Positions 9,916-21,258 of a DNA stretch of 64,000 bases are shown in pieces. A program made the translations under genes and the position numbers. How positions within the stretch are numbered: the first letter of the stretch is position 1; each line of letters opens with the position of its first letter. The DNA comes from Gammaproteobacteria bacterium. GTDB taxonomy: Bacteria > Pseudomonadota > Gammaproteobacteria > UBA5335 > SLRW01. The stretch spans positions 13,119 to 77,118 of the forward strand of contig DASQZJ010000014.1 in the NCBI GenBank assembly GCA_035638775.1. Reading direction: 5' to 3'. The notes under the pieces are model-generated. The model worked only from the letters and a program-made list of their open reading frames with translations, did no database searches and was not told where the DNA came from.

Positions 9916-12825
9916 TCAGGCCCCGATCACCCGCTGCCACAATCCCGACACGGCTTCGCGATAATCCCGGAACTCGTCATCCGCGACCAGCGCGGGAGCC
10001 TCCTGGAGACTGAGCTCGTGAATGCGTTTGCGGTAAGTGCGGTAGGCATCCGCCAGCAGCCGGCAGTCCGCCTCCGGTAACAGGGCATGCTCCGCGAACC
10101 GCTCGAGGATCCGGATATTGTCGGTGAAATCCAGGACCGCCGGACACGCCGCCGCATGCAGGAGAACGGCATATTGCACCACAAATTCGATATCGGCGAT
10201 ACCTCCCCGCCCCTGCTTGAGATCGAACCGCGAGTCGTCGCTGCGATCGAGGTTCGCGCGCATCCGGCTCCGCATCTCGCCGACCTCGCGTCGCAGCGCC
10301 TCCGCATCCCGGGGACTGCCCAGGATCCGGCGGCGGACCGCCGCGAAGCCGTCCGCCAGGGGCGCGGCCCCCGCCACGACGCGCGCACGCACCAGCGCCT
10401 GGTGCTCCCAGGTCCAGGCCTCCTCGCGCTGATAGGTCTCGAAGCCCGAGAGCGTGGTGACCAGCAGTCCCGAGCGTCCACTCGGGCGCAGGCGCGTGTC
10501 CACCTCGTAGGCCACCCCCGCCGGAGTCACGGTGGACAGCAGGTGGATGATGCGCTGGGCGAGGCGGGCGAAGAAGACCGCGTTGTCCACGCTGCGCTCG
10601 CCGCGGGTCACCTGTTGGGCGCCCCCGCTGTCGTGCAGGAACACCAGGTCGAGGTCGGAGCCGTAGCCGAGCTCGAGCCCGCCGAGCTTGCCGTAGCCCG
10701 CGATCGCGAACCGGGCCGCCCGCCACGCCCCGTCCTCGACGCAGCCCGGCTCGCCGTAGCGTTCCACGAGCTGGGTCCAGGCCAGCTCCAGGGCCCCGGC
10801 GAGCACGACTTCCGCGATCTCGGTGAGAAAGTCGCTGACGTGCATCACCGGGACGTTGCCCGTGATGTCGGCGGCAGCCACGCGCAGCATCGATGCCTGC
10901 TGGAAGCGTCGCAGACCATCCATCTGCTCTTCCAGGTCGCCGGACCGCCGCAGCACCGCGGCGAGCTCGTTCTCCAGCCCCGCCCGCTCGGGGGGAGCAT
11001 ACAGCGTGCGCGGATCGAGCAGCTCGTCCAGCAGCACGGGGTGGCGCGCGACGAAAGCCGTGATCCAGGGACTCGCCGCGCACAGTCGCGCCAGCTGCGA
11101 GAGCGCCATGGGATTCTCTGCCAGCAGCGCGAGATACGTGCTGCGCCGGGCGATCGCCTCGATCACTTGCAGCAGACGCTCGAGGCACACGTCCGGCGAA
11201 GCGGTGGCGCCGGCGGCTCCGATCAGGAGTGGTACCAGTCGGGCCAGGCGCGCCCGCCCGGTTTCACTCAGCGTGCGAAAGGCGGCGCTGGCACGCAGCC
11301 CGTCGAGCGCCGCGAGCGCCCGCACGACATCCTGCATCCCCGCCCGCTGCAGAACCTCGCGCCCCTCCGCCTCGGCCAGCCCGCCGGCCCACAGCAGCTC
11401 CAGGTCGCGCGCGCCGCCCGCCTCCTCTTCCTGCGCGGTCTGGGGGCTGGCGAATACCTGGTCGAACTGCTCCTGGATGCGCTGGCGGTGTGCATCGAGC
11501 TCGGCCGCCAGCGTCGCCCATTCGCGATAGCCCATGGCGAAAGCGAGCCGCGCGCGCTCGACGGGATCCGCCGGAAGCTGGTGGGTCTGCCGGTCGGCCA
11601 CGGCCTGCAGGCGGTTCTCCACCCGGCGCAGGAACCGGTACCCGTCGCGGAGGTGCGCGGCCATGTGGGGCGCGAGCAGGCCACGGTCGTCCAGCCGGTC
11701 CAGGACCGGTAGAATGCCGCGTTCCTGCAGGTCACGCTCATGACCGCCGCGGATCAGCTGAAACACCTGGCCGATGAACTCGACCTCGCGGATTCCCCCG
11801 CGTCCCAGCTTGATGTCGTCCTCGAGCCCCTTGCGACGGACCTCCCGCGCGATCAGCGCCTTCATCTCACGCAGGGACTCGATCACCCCGTAGTCGATGT
11901 AGCGTCGGTAGACGAAGGGACGCAGCGTTTCCAGCAACTGCTCCCCGGCCGCCCGATCCCCGGCGACCACGCGTGCCTTCACGAAGGCGTAGCGCTCCCA
12001 TTCGCGCCCGTGGCTCTCGTAGTAGTGCTCCATGGCGCCGAAGTTCAGCGCCATCGGCCCGCTCTCGCCGAACGGTCGCAGCCGCGTGTCCACCCGGTAG
12101 ACGAAGCCCTCGGCCGTCACGTCCGCCAGCGCCTGGATCAGGTGCTGGGCCACGCGGGTGAAGAACGCCTCGTTGTCCACCCGGCGGGGCCCGTCGGTCT
12201 GCCCCGCCTCGGGGAAGGCGAACACCAGGTCGATGTCGGAAGAGAAGTTCAGCTCGCGACCGCCCAGCTTGCCCATTCCCAGGACCACCAGCCGCTGCGC
12301 CTCGCCGTCGGCGCCACGCGGTGTCCCCCAGCGCCGTCGCAGGTCCGCCTCGACCACGTCGAGCGCCACCGCGATGCAGGCCTCGGCGAGCGCGCTGAGC
12401 TCCTCCAGGGTCTCCTCCAGCGGCGCTCCCCGCGCCAGATCCCGCCAGGCGATGCGCACCAGCTCGCGGTTCCGCACCTCGCGCAGCGCACGCTTCAGGG
12501 TATCGGCACCGTCGGGCGCGCCGACGGCCCGCTCGACCCGCCGGTGCAGTTCCCCGGGCCGCATCGGCCGGCCCAGGTCGTCCCCCGCCAGCAGCCGGGC
12601 CAGCTCGGACGGACGGCGCACGCACCACTGCCCGACGAAACGACTGGCGCCCAGGACGCGCGCCAGCTCGCCCGGCTCGACCGCCTCCAGGAAGGCGGTG
12701 TCGCCGGCGGCCTCCGCGAGCTGCTGCAGCAGCACCGCCGTGTCGGCCCGCAGCGGGGCGGGCAGCGCGTCGGTCACCGGGCGCAGATTCGCGGGAACGC
12801 CCGCTGCCGTGTCCTGGTCGTTCAT
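9916..12825 (-). CDS. glnE: bifunctional glutamine synthetase adenylyltransferase / adenylyl-removing enzyme
   Basis: 969 aa with two nucleotidyltransferase cores: GKLGGRELNFSSDIDLVF and GKLGGLELGYGSDLDLVF. Confidence 0.93.
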   Translation of the reverse strand: MNDQDTAAGVPANLRPVTDALPAPLRADTAVLLQQLAEAAGDTAFLEAVEPGELARVLGASRFVGQWCVRRPSELARLLAGDDLGRPMRPGELHRRVERAVGAPDGADTLKRALREVRNRELVRIAWRDLARGAPLEETLEELSALAEACIAVALDVVEADLRRRWGTPRGADGEAQRLVVLGMGKLGGRELNFSSDIDLVFAFPEAGQTDGPRRVDNEAFFTRVAQHLIQALADVTAEGFVYRVDTRLRPFGESGPMALNFGAMEHYYESHGREWERYAFVKARVVAGDRAAGEQLLETLRPFVYRRYIDYGVIESLREMKALIAREVRRKGLEDDIKLGRGGIREVEFIGQVFQLIRGGHERDLQERGILPVLDRLDDRGLLAPHMAAHLRDGYRFLRRVENRLQAVADRQTHQLPADPVERARLAFAMGYREWATLAAELDAHRQRIQEQFDQVFASPQTAQEEEAGGARDLELLWAGGLAEAEGREVLQRAGMQDVVRALAALDGLRASAAFRTLSETGRARLARLVPLLIGAAGATASPDVCLERLLQVIEAIARRSTYLALLAENPMALSQLARLCAASPWITAFVARHPVLLDELLDPRTLYAPPERAGLENELAAVLRRSGDLEEQMDGLRRFQQASMLRVAAADITGNVPVMHVSDFLTEIAEVVLAGALELAWTQLVERYGEPGCVEDGAWRAARFAIAGYGKLGGLELGYGSDLDLVFLHDSGGAQQVTRGERSVDNAVFFARLAQRIIHLLSTVTPAGVAYEVDTRLRPSGRSGLLVTTLSGFETYQREEAWTWEHQALVRARVVAGAAPLADGFAAVRRRILGSPRDAEALRREVGEMRSRMRANLDRSDDSRFDLKQGRGGIADIEFVVQYAVLLHAAACPAVLDFTDNIRILERFAEHALLPEADCRLLADAYRTYRKRIHELSLQEAPALVADDEFRDYREAVSGLWQRVIGA

Positions 12826-12846
12826 GGCGCTCGCGACGCTCCGGTG

Positions 12847-13812
12847 TCAGGGAATCAGCAGCACCTTTCCGGTGGTTGCCCGCCCTTCGAGCAGCCGATG
12901 GGCCTCGGCGGCCTGCTCGAGAGGCAGCATGCGATCGATGCGCAATGCCAGGTCGCCGGCGGCGATCGATTCGAACAGCTCGCGTGCCCGCCACTCCAGC
13001 TCCGCCCGGTCGGCCGTGTAGTGCGCCAGGCTCGGCCGGGTGAGAAACAGCGATCCGGAGGCCAGCCCGCGGGGATCGAATGGCGGCACCGGGCCGCTCG
13101 ACTGGCCGAACAGTACCAGGGTGCCGCGAGTACGCAGGCAGCGCAGGCTGCCCTCGAAGGTCGATTGGCCGACCGAATCGTAGACGACGTGAACACCCTC
13201 GCCGCCGGTAATCCGCGCCACTTCGTCGACGAAGTCGTCGCGGCTGTAGAGGATCACCTCGTCGCAGCCGGCCTGGCGTGCGAGCCCCGCCTTCTCCTCG
13301 GTGGAAGCGGTGCCGATGACGTGCGCTCCGAGGGCGTGAGCCATCTGCACCAGCAGCAGGCCGACTCCGCCCGCGGCCGCATGGACCAGCGCCGTCTGCC
13401 CGCGCTGCAGCGCGAACGTGCTCCGGGTCAGGTAGTGTGCGGTCATGCCCTGCAGCATCGCTGCAGCCGCCTGTTCCGCGCTGATCCCGTCGGGAACCGC
13501 CACCAGCCGGTCCCGCGGCACCGTCGCATAATGCGCGTACGCGCCCGGAACGCCGGCCCATGCCACGGCCTGGCCGACCTCGAGATCGGCGACGCCCTCG
13601 CCGAACGCCTCGATCACGCCCGCGGCCTCGACCCCCGGCGTGAACGGCACCGGCATCGAATACAGGCCGGTGCGGAAGTAAACATCGATGTAGTTGACGC
13701 CGGCCGCCGAGATCCGGACCAGGACTTCCCCGGGCCCCGGCTGCGGTCGCGCCAGGGTCTCCTGCACCAGTACCTCCGGGCCGCCGGTCTTGTGCACACG
13801 GATCGCTTTCAT
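12847..13812 (-). CDS. qor: NADPH:quinone oxidoreductase (zeta-crystallin type MDR)
   Basis: ORF 12847..13872, start moved to MKAIRVHKTGGPEVL. Contains AAGVNYIDVY and the AAGGVGLLLVQ Rossmann motif. Confidence 0.88.
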   Translation of the reverse strand: MKAIRVHKTGGPEVLVQETLARPQPGPGEVLVRISAAGVNYIDVYFRTGLYSMPVPFTPGVEAAGVIEAFGEGVADLEVGQAVAWAGVPGAYAHYATVPRDRLVAVPDGISAEQAAAAMLQGMTAHYLTRSTFALQRGQTALVHAAAGGVGLLLVQMAHALGAHVIGTASTEEKAGLARQAGCDEVILYSRDDFVDEVARITGGEGVHVVYDSVGQSTFEGSLRCLRTRGTLVLFGQSSGPVPPFDPRGLASGSLFLTRPSLAHYTADRAELEWRARELFESIAAGDLALRIDRMLPLEQAAEAHRLLEGRATTGKVLLIP

Positions 13813-14133
13813 CGCCTTGTCTCCCCGCCGTATCCACGTCCAGCGGACGCGTGTCCGGCAAGCATACAACACGGACCACGCTGATCAATGCGCCGCATTC
13901 GAAGACGGCGGTGTGGGTCGACCGGAGAGGTGCGGGGCGGTTCAGTTTCAGGTTTCAGCCCAAGCGGCATTTTGCGTCTCTTGCCTTCTTGCATGCGCCG
14001 GTGCTTCGGGCCAGGATCGGCCTGAAGGCTGACCGATATCGGCATCACGGCTTGCCGCATCCTTCCTGATACCGAAAACCCCTCCATCCCCGTGCTGCAA
14101 AGGACGCGACGCCTGGATGCGCCCCCCGCAAGC

Positions 14134-14164
14134 AAAAGAGCCCCGCCGGAGGCCGGCGGGGCTC
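14134..14164 (-). terminator. intrinsic terminator downstream of groEL
   Basis: The minus strand reads GAGCCCCGCCGG-CCU-CCGGCGGGGCUC followed by UUUUGCU. This is a perfect 12-bp GC stem about 35 nt after the groEL stop. Confidence 0.6.
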
Positions 14165-14198
14165 GCACTGCACAGCGCGTGTGGAGCGCAGGACGGCC

Positions 14199-15881
<1,683 letters not shown>

Positions 15882-15927
15882 TCAGATACGCATGGGGTGG
15901 ATTCGATGCGAGCGCTCGGGTGAAACG

Positions 15928-16221
15928 TCAGCCTTCGATGACCGCCATGATGTCGTCTTCGCGCATCACCAGCAGGTCCTCGTCGCCGACCTTCACCTCG
16001 GTGCCGGAGAACTTGCCGAACAGCACCTTGTCGCCGACCTTCACGTCGAGCTTGCGCACTTCACCGTCGTCCAGGAGCTTGCCATTGCCGACCGCGGTGA
16101 CCTCGCCCTTCTGGGGCTTCTCGGCCGCCGAGTCGGGAATGACGATGCCGCCCGCCGTGGTGCGCTCTTCCTCCATACGCTTTACAATCACGCGATCGTG
16201 CAGAGGACGGATCTTCATCAA
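15928..16221 (-). CDS. groES: co-chaperonin GroES
   Basis: 97 aa. [31 protein letters not shown]. Confidence 0.97.
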   Translation of the reverse strand: MMKIRPLHDRVIVKRMEEERTTAGGIVIPDSAAEKPQKGEVTAVGNGKLLDDGEVRKLDVKVGDKVLFGKFSGTEVKVGDEDLLVMREDDIMAVIEG

Positions 16222-16271
16222 CGCTCTCCTTTACTTGGGAACCAGGACCCGGAATGTCTCGGCTCGAGTTG

Positions 16272-16298
16272 TTAGCACTCACCTGGAGTGAGTGCTAA
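16272..16298 (-). promoter_or_regulatory. CIRCE operator (HrcA binding site) of groESL
   Basis: TTAGCACTC-ACCTGGAGT-GAGTGCTAA is a perfect match to the CIRCE consensus TTAGCACTC-N9-GAGTGCTAA. It lies about 50 nt upstream of the groES ATG. Confidence 0.85.
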
Positions 16299-16325
16299 TA
16301 ATAGTCGCGAGATTTCCTCAGTCAA
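16298..16325 (-). promoter_or_regulatory. sigma70-like promoter of groESL
   Basis: The minus strand reads TTGACT (16325-16320), a 16-nt spacer, then TATTAT (16303-16298). The last T of the -10 is the first T of CIRCE. No experimental support. Confidence 0.5.
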
Positions 16326-16401
16326 GCCCTTCGACGCCACGCGCCGCCCGTACGTGAGCGCGCAGCCAGGACAAACCCGTCGTACCGGGAGGTGAAAAGC
16401 C

Positions 16402-16728
16402 ATGACCACGGATGCACGCGTCGTTCTGTGCAACTGCCCCGACCGCGGCGTGGCCCGGCGTCTGGCCAGGGCAGTCGTACAGCAGCGTCTGGCAGCCTGC
16501 GTCAACGTCGTACCGGGGGTGGAGTCCTTCTACCGGTGGGAAGGCGAGGTGCAGCAGGCCACCGAGCACACGCTCCTGATCAAGACCACCCGCGACGCCT
16601 GGCCGGACCTCGAAGCCGCCCTGCGGGCGGGCCACCCGGACGACGTCCCCGAGATCATCGCGCTGCCGGTCGAGAACGGTCTGAAGGAATACCTGGAATG
16701 GATCGCGGAAAGCACCATCACCGGCTGA
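16402..16728 (+). CDS. cutA: divalent-cation tolerance protein CutA
   Basis: 108 aa. VVLCNCPD...AACVNVVPGVESFYRWEGEV...LLIKT...EIIALPV are typical CutA1 motifs. Confidence 0.9.
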   Translation: MTTDARVVLCNCPDRGVARRLARAVVQQRLAACVNVVPGVESFYRWEGEVQQATEHTLLIKTTRDAWPDLEAALRAGHPDDVPEIIALPVENGLKEYLEWIAESTITG

Positions 16729-17252
16729 GGTCACCCTCCGCCGGGACACGGCGGGCGGCCCGGGCCCTCGCCGCCTGCCTGCTGGCAACCGCGGCAACGG
16801 CGGCCCTGGCCGGCCCGGGACTGGCCGCGGCCTTCGGCAACGGCGGTCGCTTCCTGCCGGTGAACCAGGCCTTTCGTTTCGAGCTGGTGCGCACCGGATC
16901 GGACACCTACCAGGCACGCTGGAACATCGCCCCCGGCTACTATCTCTACCGGCACCGGATTCACCTCGTTCTCGCGGGCACGGACCTGGTACGCAGCGGC
17001 CACGCAAAACTGCCGCCGGGACGCGCGGAGGATGACCCCGAATTCGGACGCGTCCGGATCTTCGAAGGGAACCTCACGGTGCCCCTGACGCTCAAACGGA
17101 CGGCCCCGGGCGCGGTTCTCACCGTTCGCTACCAGGGCTGCGCGCGCGGGGGCATCTGCTACCCGCCGCAGACCCGGCACGTACCACTGGGCAACGCCGG
17201 AACCGCCGTACGCGGCTTCCCGGCGCACGGCCACGGAGGCCCCCATGCGTGA
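16698..17252 (+). CDS. stand-alone DsbD N-terminal (alpha) domain protein
   Basis: Last 184 aa of ORF 16392..17252. FLPVNQAFRFE..., APGYYLYRHRI and TVRYQGCARGGICYPP closely parallel E. coli DsbD-alpha (YYLYR, YQGCADAGFCYPP, both catalytic Cys present). Start assumed at ATG 16698, which overlaps the cutA 3' end. Confidence 0.8.
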   Translation: MDRGKHHHRLRSPSAGTRRAARALAACLLATAATAALAGPGLAAAFGNGGRFLPVNQAFRFELVRTGSDTYQARWNIAPGYYLYRHRIHLVLAGTDLVRSGHAKLPPGRAEDDPEFGRVRIFEGNLTVPLTLKRTAPGAVLTVRYQGCARGGICYPPQTRHVPLGNAGTAVRGFPAHGHGGPHA

Positions 17253-17796
17253 AGCCCTGCGAAGCCTGTTGGCACTGGTCCTGCTGATCGCTGCCGGTGG
17301 CGCCGGGTTCGCCCTGTACCAGCACTTCAGCGGCCGCAGCGGCGGCTCGAACGCGCTGCCCTCTCACCGCATCGCGTTCTCGATGCCCGACATGGCCGGC
17401 AAGACCCGCCACATCAGCCACTGGGACGGCAAGACCGTGCTGCTCAACTTCTGGGCCAGCTGGTGCGGGCCGTGCCGCAAGGAAATGCCGCTGCTGATCA
17501 AGGCGCAGCGGCAGTACGGTGGCCGCGGGCTCCAGGTGATCGGGATCGCCATCGACACGCCGTCCGATGCGCGGCATTTCGCGCGCTCGATGCACGTCAA
17601 CTACCCGGTGCTGATCCCTTCGAGCCAGCAGCAGGGGATTTCCCTGGCGGCCCGATATGGTGACCGGATCGGCGGCTTGCCGTACAGTGTCGTATATCGC
17701 CCCGACGGCCGCGTCGTCGGCGTCCATGCCGGCGAGCTCCATCGCCCCGCCCTCGAGACCCTGCTGCACAAGGCGCTGCACAAGGCGTCGGGCTGA
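17245..17796 (+). CDS. TlpA/ResA-family membrane-anchored thiol:disulfide oxidoreductase
   Basis: 183 aa. N-terminal anchor LLALVLLIAAGGAGFALY and thioredoxin motif LNFWASWCGPCRKEMP. The start overlaps the preceding stop (ATGCGTGA). Confidence 0.85.
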   Translation: MREALRSLLALVLLIAAGGAGFALYQHFSGRSGGSNALPSHRIAFSMPDMAGKTRHISHWDGKTVLLNFWASWCGPCRKEMPLLIKAQRQYGGRGLQVIGIAIDTPSDARHFARSMHVNYPVLIPSSQQQGISLAARYGDRIGGLPYSVVYRPDGRVVGVHAGELHRPALETLLHKALHKASG

Positions 17797-17970
17797 AACT
17801 GCCCTGATTTTGCCTCCATCTGGCGCGAAATGCCGACAAATGATGTCGTTCTTGATTCGATCGGCAATGCCGGGCAGAATAGGAGCCACTCCGCGTGACG
17901 CCCCGGCACCGGGCGGAGCGCACGTCGACATCCAGAACAAGACGCGACCGACCCGGGCGGTGAAACCGGA

Positions 17971-18423
17971 ATGGCCAGACTGCTTCTGCTCAACGGTCCC
18001 AATCTGAATCTCCTCGGAACCAGGGAGCCGGGGATCTACGGCCACGCGACGCTGGCCGAAATCGAACAGCGCCTGCACGCCGCCGCCACCGCCGCGGAGC
18101 ACACCCTGGAAACCTTTCAGAGCAACGCCGAGCACGCGCTGATCGAGCGGGTACACCAGGCGATGCGGGACGGGATCGACTGGATCATTCTCAATCCGGC
18201 CGCGTTCACGCACACCAGTATCGCCCTGCGCGATGCCCTTCTCGCGAGCGCGATCCCGTTCGTCGAGGTGCATCTGTCCAACATCGCCGCGCGCGAGCCG
18301 TTCCGCAGGCAATCCTGTTTCTCCGACATCGCCGCCGGCGTGATCACCGGACTGGGGGCACGGGGCTACGATCTGGCCCTGAAAGCCATCCTGGACGGGC
18401 TCGATGCGACGCAAACCGGCTGA
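17971..18423 (+). CDS. aroQ: type II 3-dehydroquinate dehydratase
   Basis: 150 aa. [36 protein letters not shown] and VEVHLSNI. Confidence 0.93.
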   Translation: MARLLLLNGPNLNLLGTREPGIYGHATLAEIEQRLHAAATAAEHTLETFQSNAEHALIERVHQAMRDGIDWIILNPAAFTHTSIALRDALLASAIPFVEVHLSNIAAREPFRRQSCFSDIAAGVITGLGARGYDLALKAILDGLDATQTG

Positions 18424-18439
18424 ACGAAAAGGCGAAGGC

Positions 18440-18895
18440 ATGGATATTCGCAAGGTCAAGAAGCTTATAGAGCTGCTGGAGGAGTCCGGAATCGCCGAGC
18501 TGGAGATCAAGGAGGGCGACGACTCCGTACGCATCAACCGCTACGGGCAGCAGACGGCGGTGAGTTATCCGCCCCCCGCCGCCCCCGCGCCGGCACAGCC
18601 TGCGCCCGCCTCCGGGGAAGCGCCCGCGGAGCCCGCGGCGGAGGGCGGCGAGGAGCTCCAGGGCCACGCGATCTGCTCGCCGATGGTGGGCACCTTCTAC
18701 CGGGCCCCGGCCCCGGACGCCCAGCCCTTCGTGGAAGTCGGCCAGGAGGTGCGTGAGGGCGAGCCGGTGTGCATCGTCGAGGCGATGAAAATGATGAACC
18801 AGATCGAGGCCGACCGCAGCGGCCGCATCGTGGACATCCTGGCCGAAAACGGCGAGCCGGTAGAATACGGGCAGCCACTGATCCTCATCCAGTAG
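18440..18895 (+). CDS. accB: acetyl-CoA carboxylase biotin carboxyl carrier protein
   Basis: ORF 18404..18895, start moved to [17 protein letters not shown]. Pro/Ala linker and biotinylation motif [11 protein letters not shown]. Confidence 0.93.
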   Translation: MDIRKVKKLIELLEESGIAELEIKEGDDSVRINRYGQQTAVSYPPPAAPAPAQPAPASGEAPAEPAAEGGEELQGHAICSPMVGTFYRAPAPDAQPFVEVGQEVREGEPVCIVEAMKMMNQIEADRSGRIVDILAENGEPVEYGQPLILIQ

Positions 18896-18946
18896 CCCGG
18901 CTCTTCCGTCGCCGGGCACCGCCCAACGCTGCAAGAAGCACGAACC

Positions 18947-20287
18947 ATGCTCGATAAAGTGTTGATCGCCAACCGGGGCGAAATCGCGTTGCGCATCCTG
19001 CGCGCCTGCCGCGAGCTGGATATCGGTACCGTTGCCGTCCACTCGACCGTGGACCGCGAGCAGCCGCACGTACTGCTGGCCGACGAGAGCGTATGCATCG
19101 GACCGCCGCAGTCGTCCGAGAGCTACCTCAACATGCCCGCCATCATCAGCGCGGCGGAGGTCAGCGACTCGGTCGCGGTGCACCCCGGCTACGGTTTCCT
19201 CTCCGAGAATGCCGACTTCGCCGAGCGGGTCGAGGAAAGCGGGTTCATCTTCATCGGCCCGCGCCCCGAGACCATCCGCCTGATGGGAGACAAGGTATCC
19301 GCCATCCGGGCCATGCAGGAAGCAGGAGTCCCCTGCGTCCCGGGCTCGGCCGGCGCGCTCGACAACGACGCCGATCGCACCCTCGCGATCGCGCGCGAGA
19401 TCGGTTACCCGGTGCTGATCAAGGCGGCGGCCGGCGGCGGCGGGCGCGGCATGCGCGTGGTGCACGCCGAGGCCCACCTGATCAACGCGATCTCGCTCAC
19501 CCGCAGCGAGGCCCGGGCTTCCTTCGGCGACGACTCGGTGTACATGGAGAAATACCTGGAGCACCCGCGCCACATCGAGTTCCAGGTGCTGGCCGACGGC
19601 CAGGGCAACGCCATTCACCTGGGGGAGCGTGACTGTTCCATGCAGCGTCGCCACCAGAAGATCATCGAGGAAGCGCCGGCGCCCGGGCTCCACGCGAGCG
19701 TCCGCCAGCGCATGGGCGAGCTCTGCGTGGAAGCCTGCCATCGCATCGGCTATCGCGGCGCGGGCACCTTCGAGTTTCTCTACGAGAACGGCGAGTTCTA
19801 CTTCATCGAGATGAACACGCGGCTCCAGGTCGAGCACCCGATCACGGAGATGATCACCGGCGTGGACATCGTCAAGGAGCAGATCCGGGTCGCGGCCGGG
19901 GAACCGCTGCGCCACAAGCAATCGGACATCGAGGTGCGCGGGCACGCCGTCGAGTGCCGCATCAACGCCGAGCACCCGCGCACCTTCGTGCCTTCGCCCG
20001 GCAGGGTCCACAACTACCATGCTCCCGGCGGACCGGGCATCCGCATGGACTCGCACCTGTACAACGGCTACACCGTTCCCCCGCACTACGATTCGCTGAT
20101 CGCCAAGCTGGTCGCCCACGGCGACAGCCGGAGCTCGGCCATCGCGCGGATGCGCAACGCGCTCACCGAGCTGGTGGTCGAAGGTATCGACACGAACGCG
20201 GCGCTGCACCATGATCTGATGCTGGACCGGGCGTTCCAGGCGGGCGGTACCGACATCCACTACCTGGAAAAGAAGCTCGGGCGGTGA
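18947..20287 (+). CDS. accC: acetyl-CoA carboxylase biotin carboxylase subunit
   Basis: 446 aa. [31 protein letters not shown] and [14 protein letters not shown]. Confidence 0.96.
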   Translation: MLDKVLIANRGEIALRILRACRELDIGTVAVHSTVDREQPHVLLADESVCIGPPQSSESYLNMPAIISAAEVSDSVAVHPGYGFLSENADFAERVEESGFIFIGPRPETIRLMGDKVSAIRAMQEAGVPCVPGSAGALDNDADRTLAIAREIGYPVLIKAAAGGGGRGMRVVHAEAHLINAISLTRSEARASFGDDSVYMEKYLEHPRHIEFQVLADGQGNAIHLGERDCSMQRRHQKIIEEAPAPGLHASVRQRMGELCVEACHRIGYRGAGTFEFLYENGEFYFIEMNTRLQVEHPITEMITGVDIVKEQIRVAAGEPLRHKQSDIEVRGHAVECRINAEHPRTFVPSPGRVHNYHAPGGPGIRMDSHLYNGYTVPPHYDSLIAKLVAHGDSRSSAIARMRNALTELVVEGIDTNAALHHDLMLDRAFQAGGTDIHYLEKKLGR

Positions 20288-20354
20288 GCGGCCGGGCCCC
20301 CCGGCCCCGCGTGGCCGGGCCGAGGACCGGGTTCCGATACCCACCGGACCACCA

Positions 20355-21242
20355 GTGATGGGATGGCAACAGCTCCTGATCGACCTGGATGACGAGGATG
20401 TCGATACCCTCGAGGTGGCCCTGCTCGAGCACGGTGCCCAGGCCGTGACCCTGCAGGACGCGCGCGACGACCCGATCCTGGAACCGCCGCCGGGCGCGCA
20501 TCCGCTCTGGGACCGGCCACGGCTGGTGGCACTGTTCGACAGCGAATGCGACGTCGAGGCCGCCGTCCGGGGAACCTACCGCACCCTCGGCCGGCGGGCC
20601 CCGCCGCACAGCGTCGAGCCGCTCGAGGACCGGGACTGGGAACGCGCCTGGATGGAGGACTTCCGCGCGATGCGCTTCGGGCGCCGCCTGTGGGTATGCC
20701 CCCGCGGCTCCACCCCGCCGGACCCGGAGGCGGTCAACGTGATGCTCGATCCGGGGCTGGCCTTCGGCACCGGAACGCACGCGACGACGGCGCTGTGCCT
20801 TGAATGGCTCGACGCCAATGGTGCTGACGTGGCGGGCGAGGTGATCGACTACGGCTGCGGATCCGGCATCCTGTCCATCGCGGCGGCCCGTCTCGGCGCC
20901 CGGCGCGTATGGGCCGTGGACAACGATCCGCAGGCGCTGCTCGCGACACGCGAGAACGCGGCCCACAACGCGGTCGCCGGGACCGTCCGGCCGCGCCTGC
21001 CGGAAGAGCTGTCGGCGCTGCAGGCCGATCTGCTGCTGGCGAACATCCTGGCCGCCCCGCTGATCGAGCTCGCAGACCGGATCGCCGACCGTGTTCGCCC
21101 GGGCGGACACGTCGTCCTGTCCGGCATCCTCCGCGATCAGGCGAAGCGCGTCGCGGACGCCTACGGCGCGGCATTCCGGATGGACCCGCCGACGTCGCGC
21201 GAGGAGTGGGTACGGTTGAGCGGCGTTCGCCGCGAGCCGTAG
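20355..21242 (+). CDS. prmA: ribosomal protein L11 methyltransferase
   Basis: 295 aa. LDPGLAFGTGTHATT and VIDYGCGSGILSIAA motifs. Confidence 0.9.
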   Translation: MMGWQQLLIDLDDEDVDTLEVALLEHGAQAVTLQDARDDPILEPPPGAHPLWDRPRLVALFDSECDVEAAVRGTYRTLGRRAPPHSVEPLEDRDWERAWMEDFRAMRFGRRLWVCPRGSTPPDPEAVNVMLDPGLAFGTGTHATTALCLEWLDANGADVAGEVIDYGCGSGILSIAAARLGARRVWAVDNDPQALLATRENAAHNAVAGTVRPRLPEELSALQADLLLANILAAPLIELADRIADRVRPGGHVVLSGILRDQAKRVADAYGAAFRMDPPTSREEWVRLSGVRREP

Positions 21243-21258
21243 CGCCACGGAGGTCCGG

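Noticed and set aside
11740-13888. 714-aa (+) and 673-aa (-) ORFs
   Set aside because: They are alternative frames or antisense of glnE and qor, with extreme Arg/Gly/Ala/Pro composition. The glnE and qor frames carry clear family motifs.
13941-13958. TTCAG-TTTCAG-GTTTCAG tandem words upstream of qor
   Set aside because: It is short, could be chance, and I know of no regulator motif it matches.
18344-20344. 666-aa minus-strand ORF
   Set aside because: It is antisense to accB/accC and has low-complexity composition.
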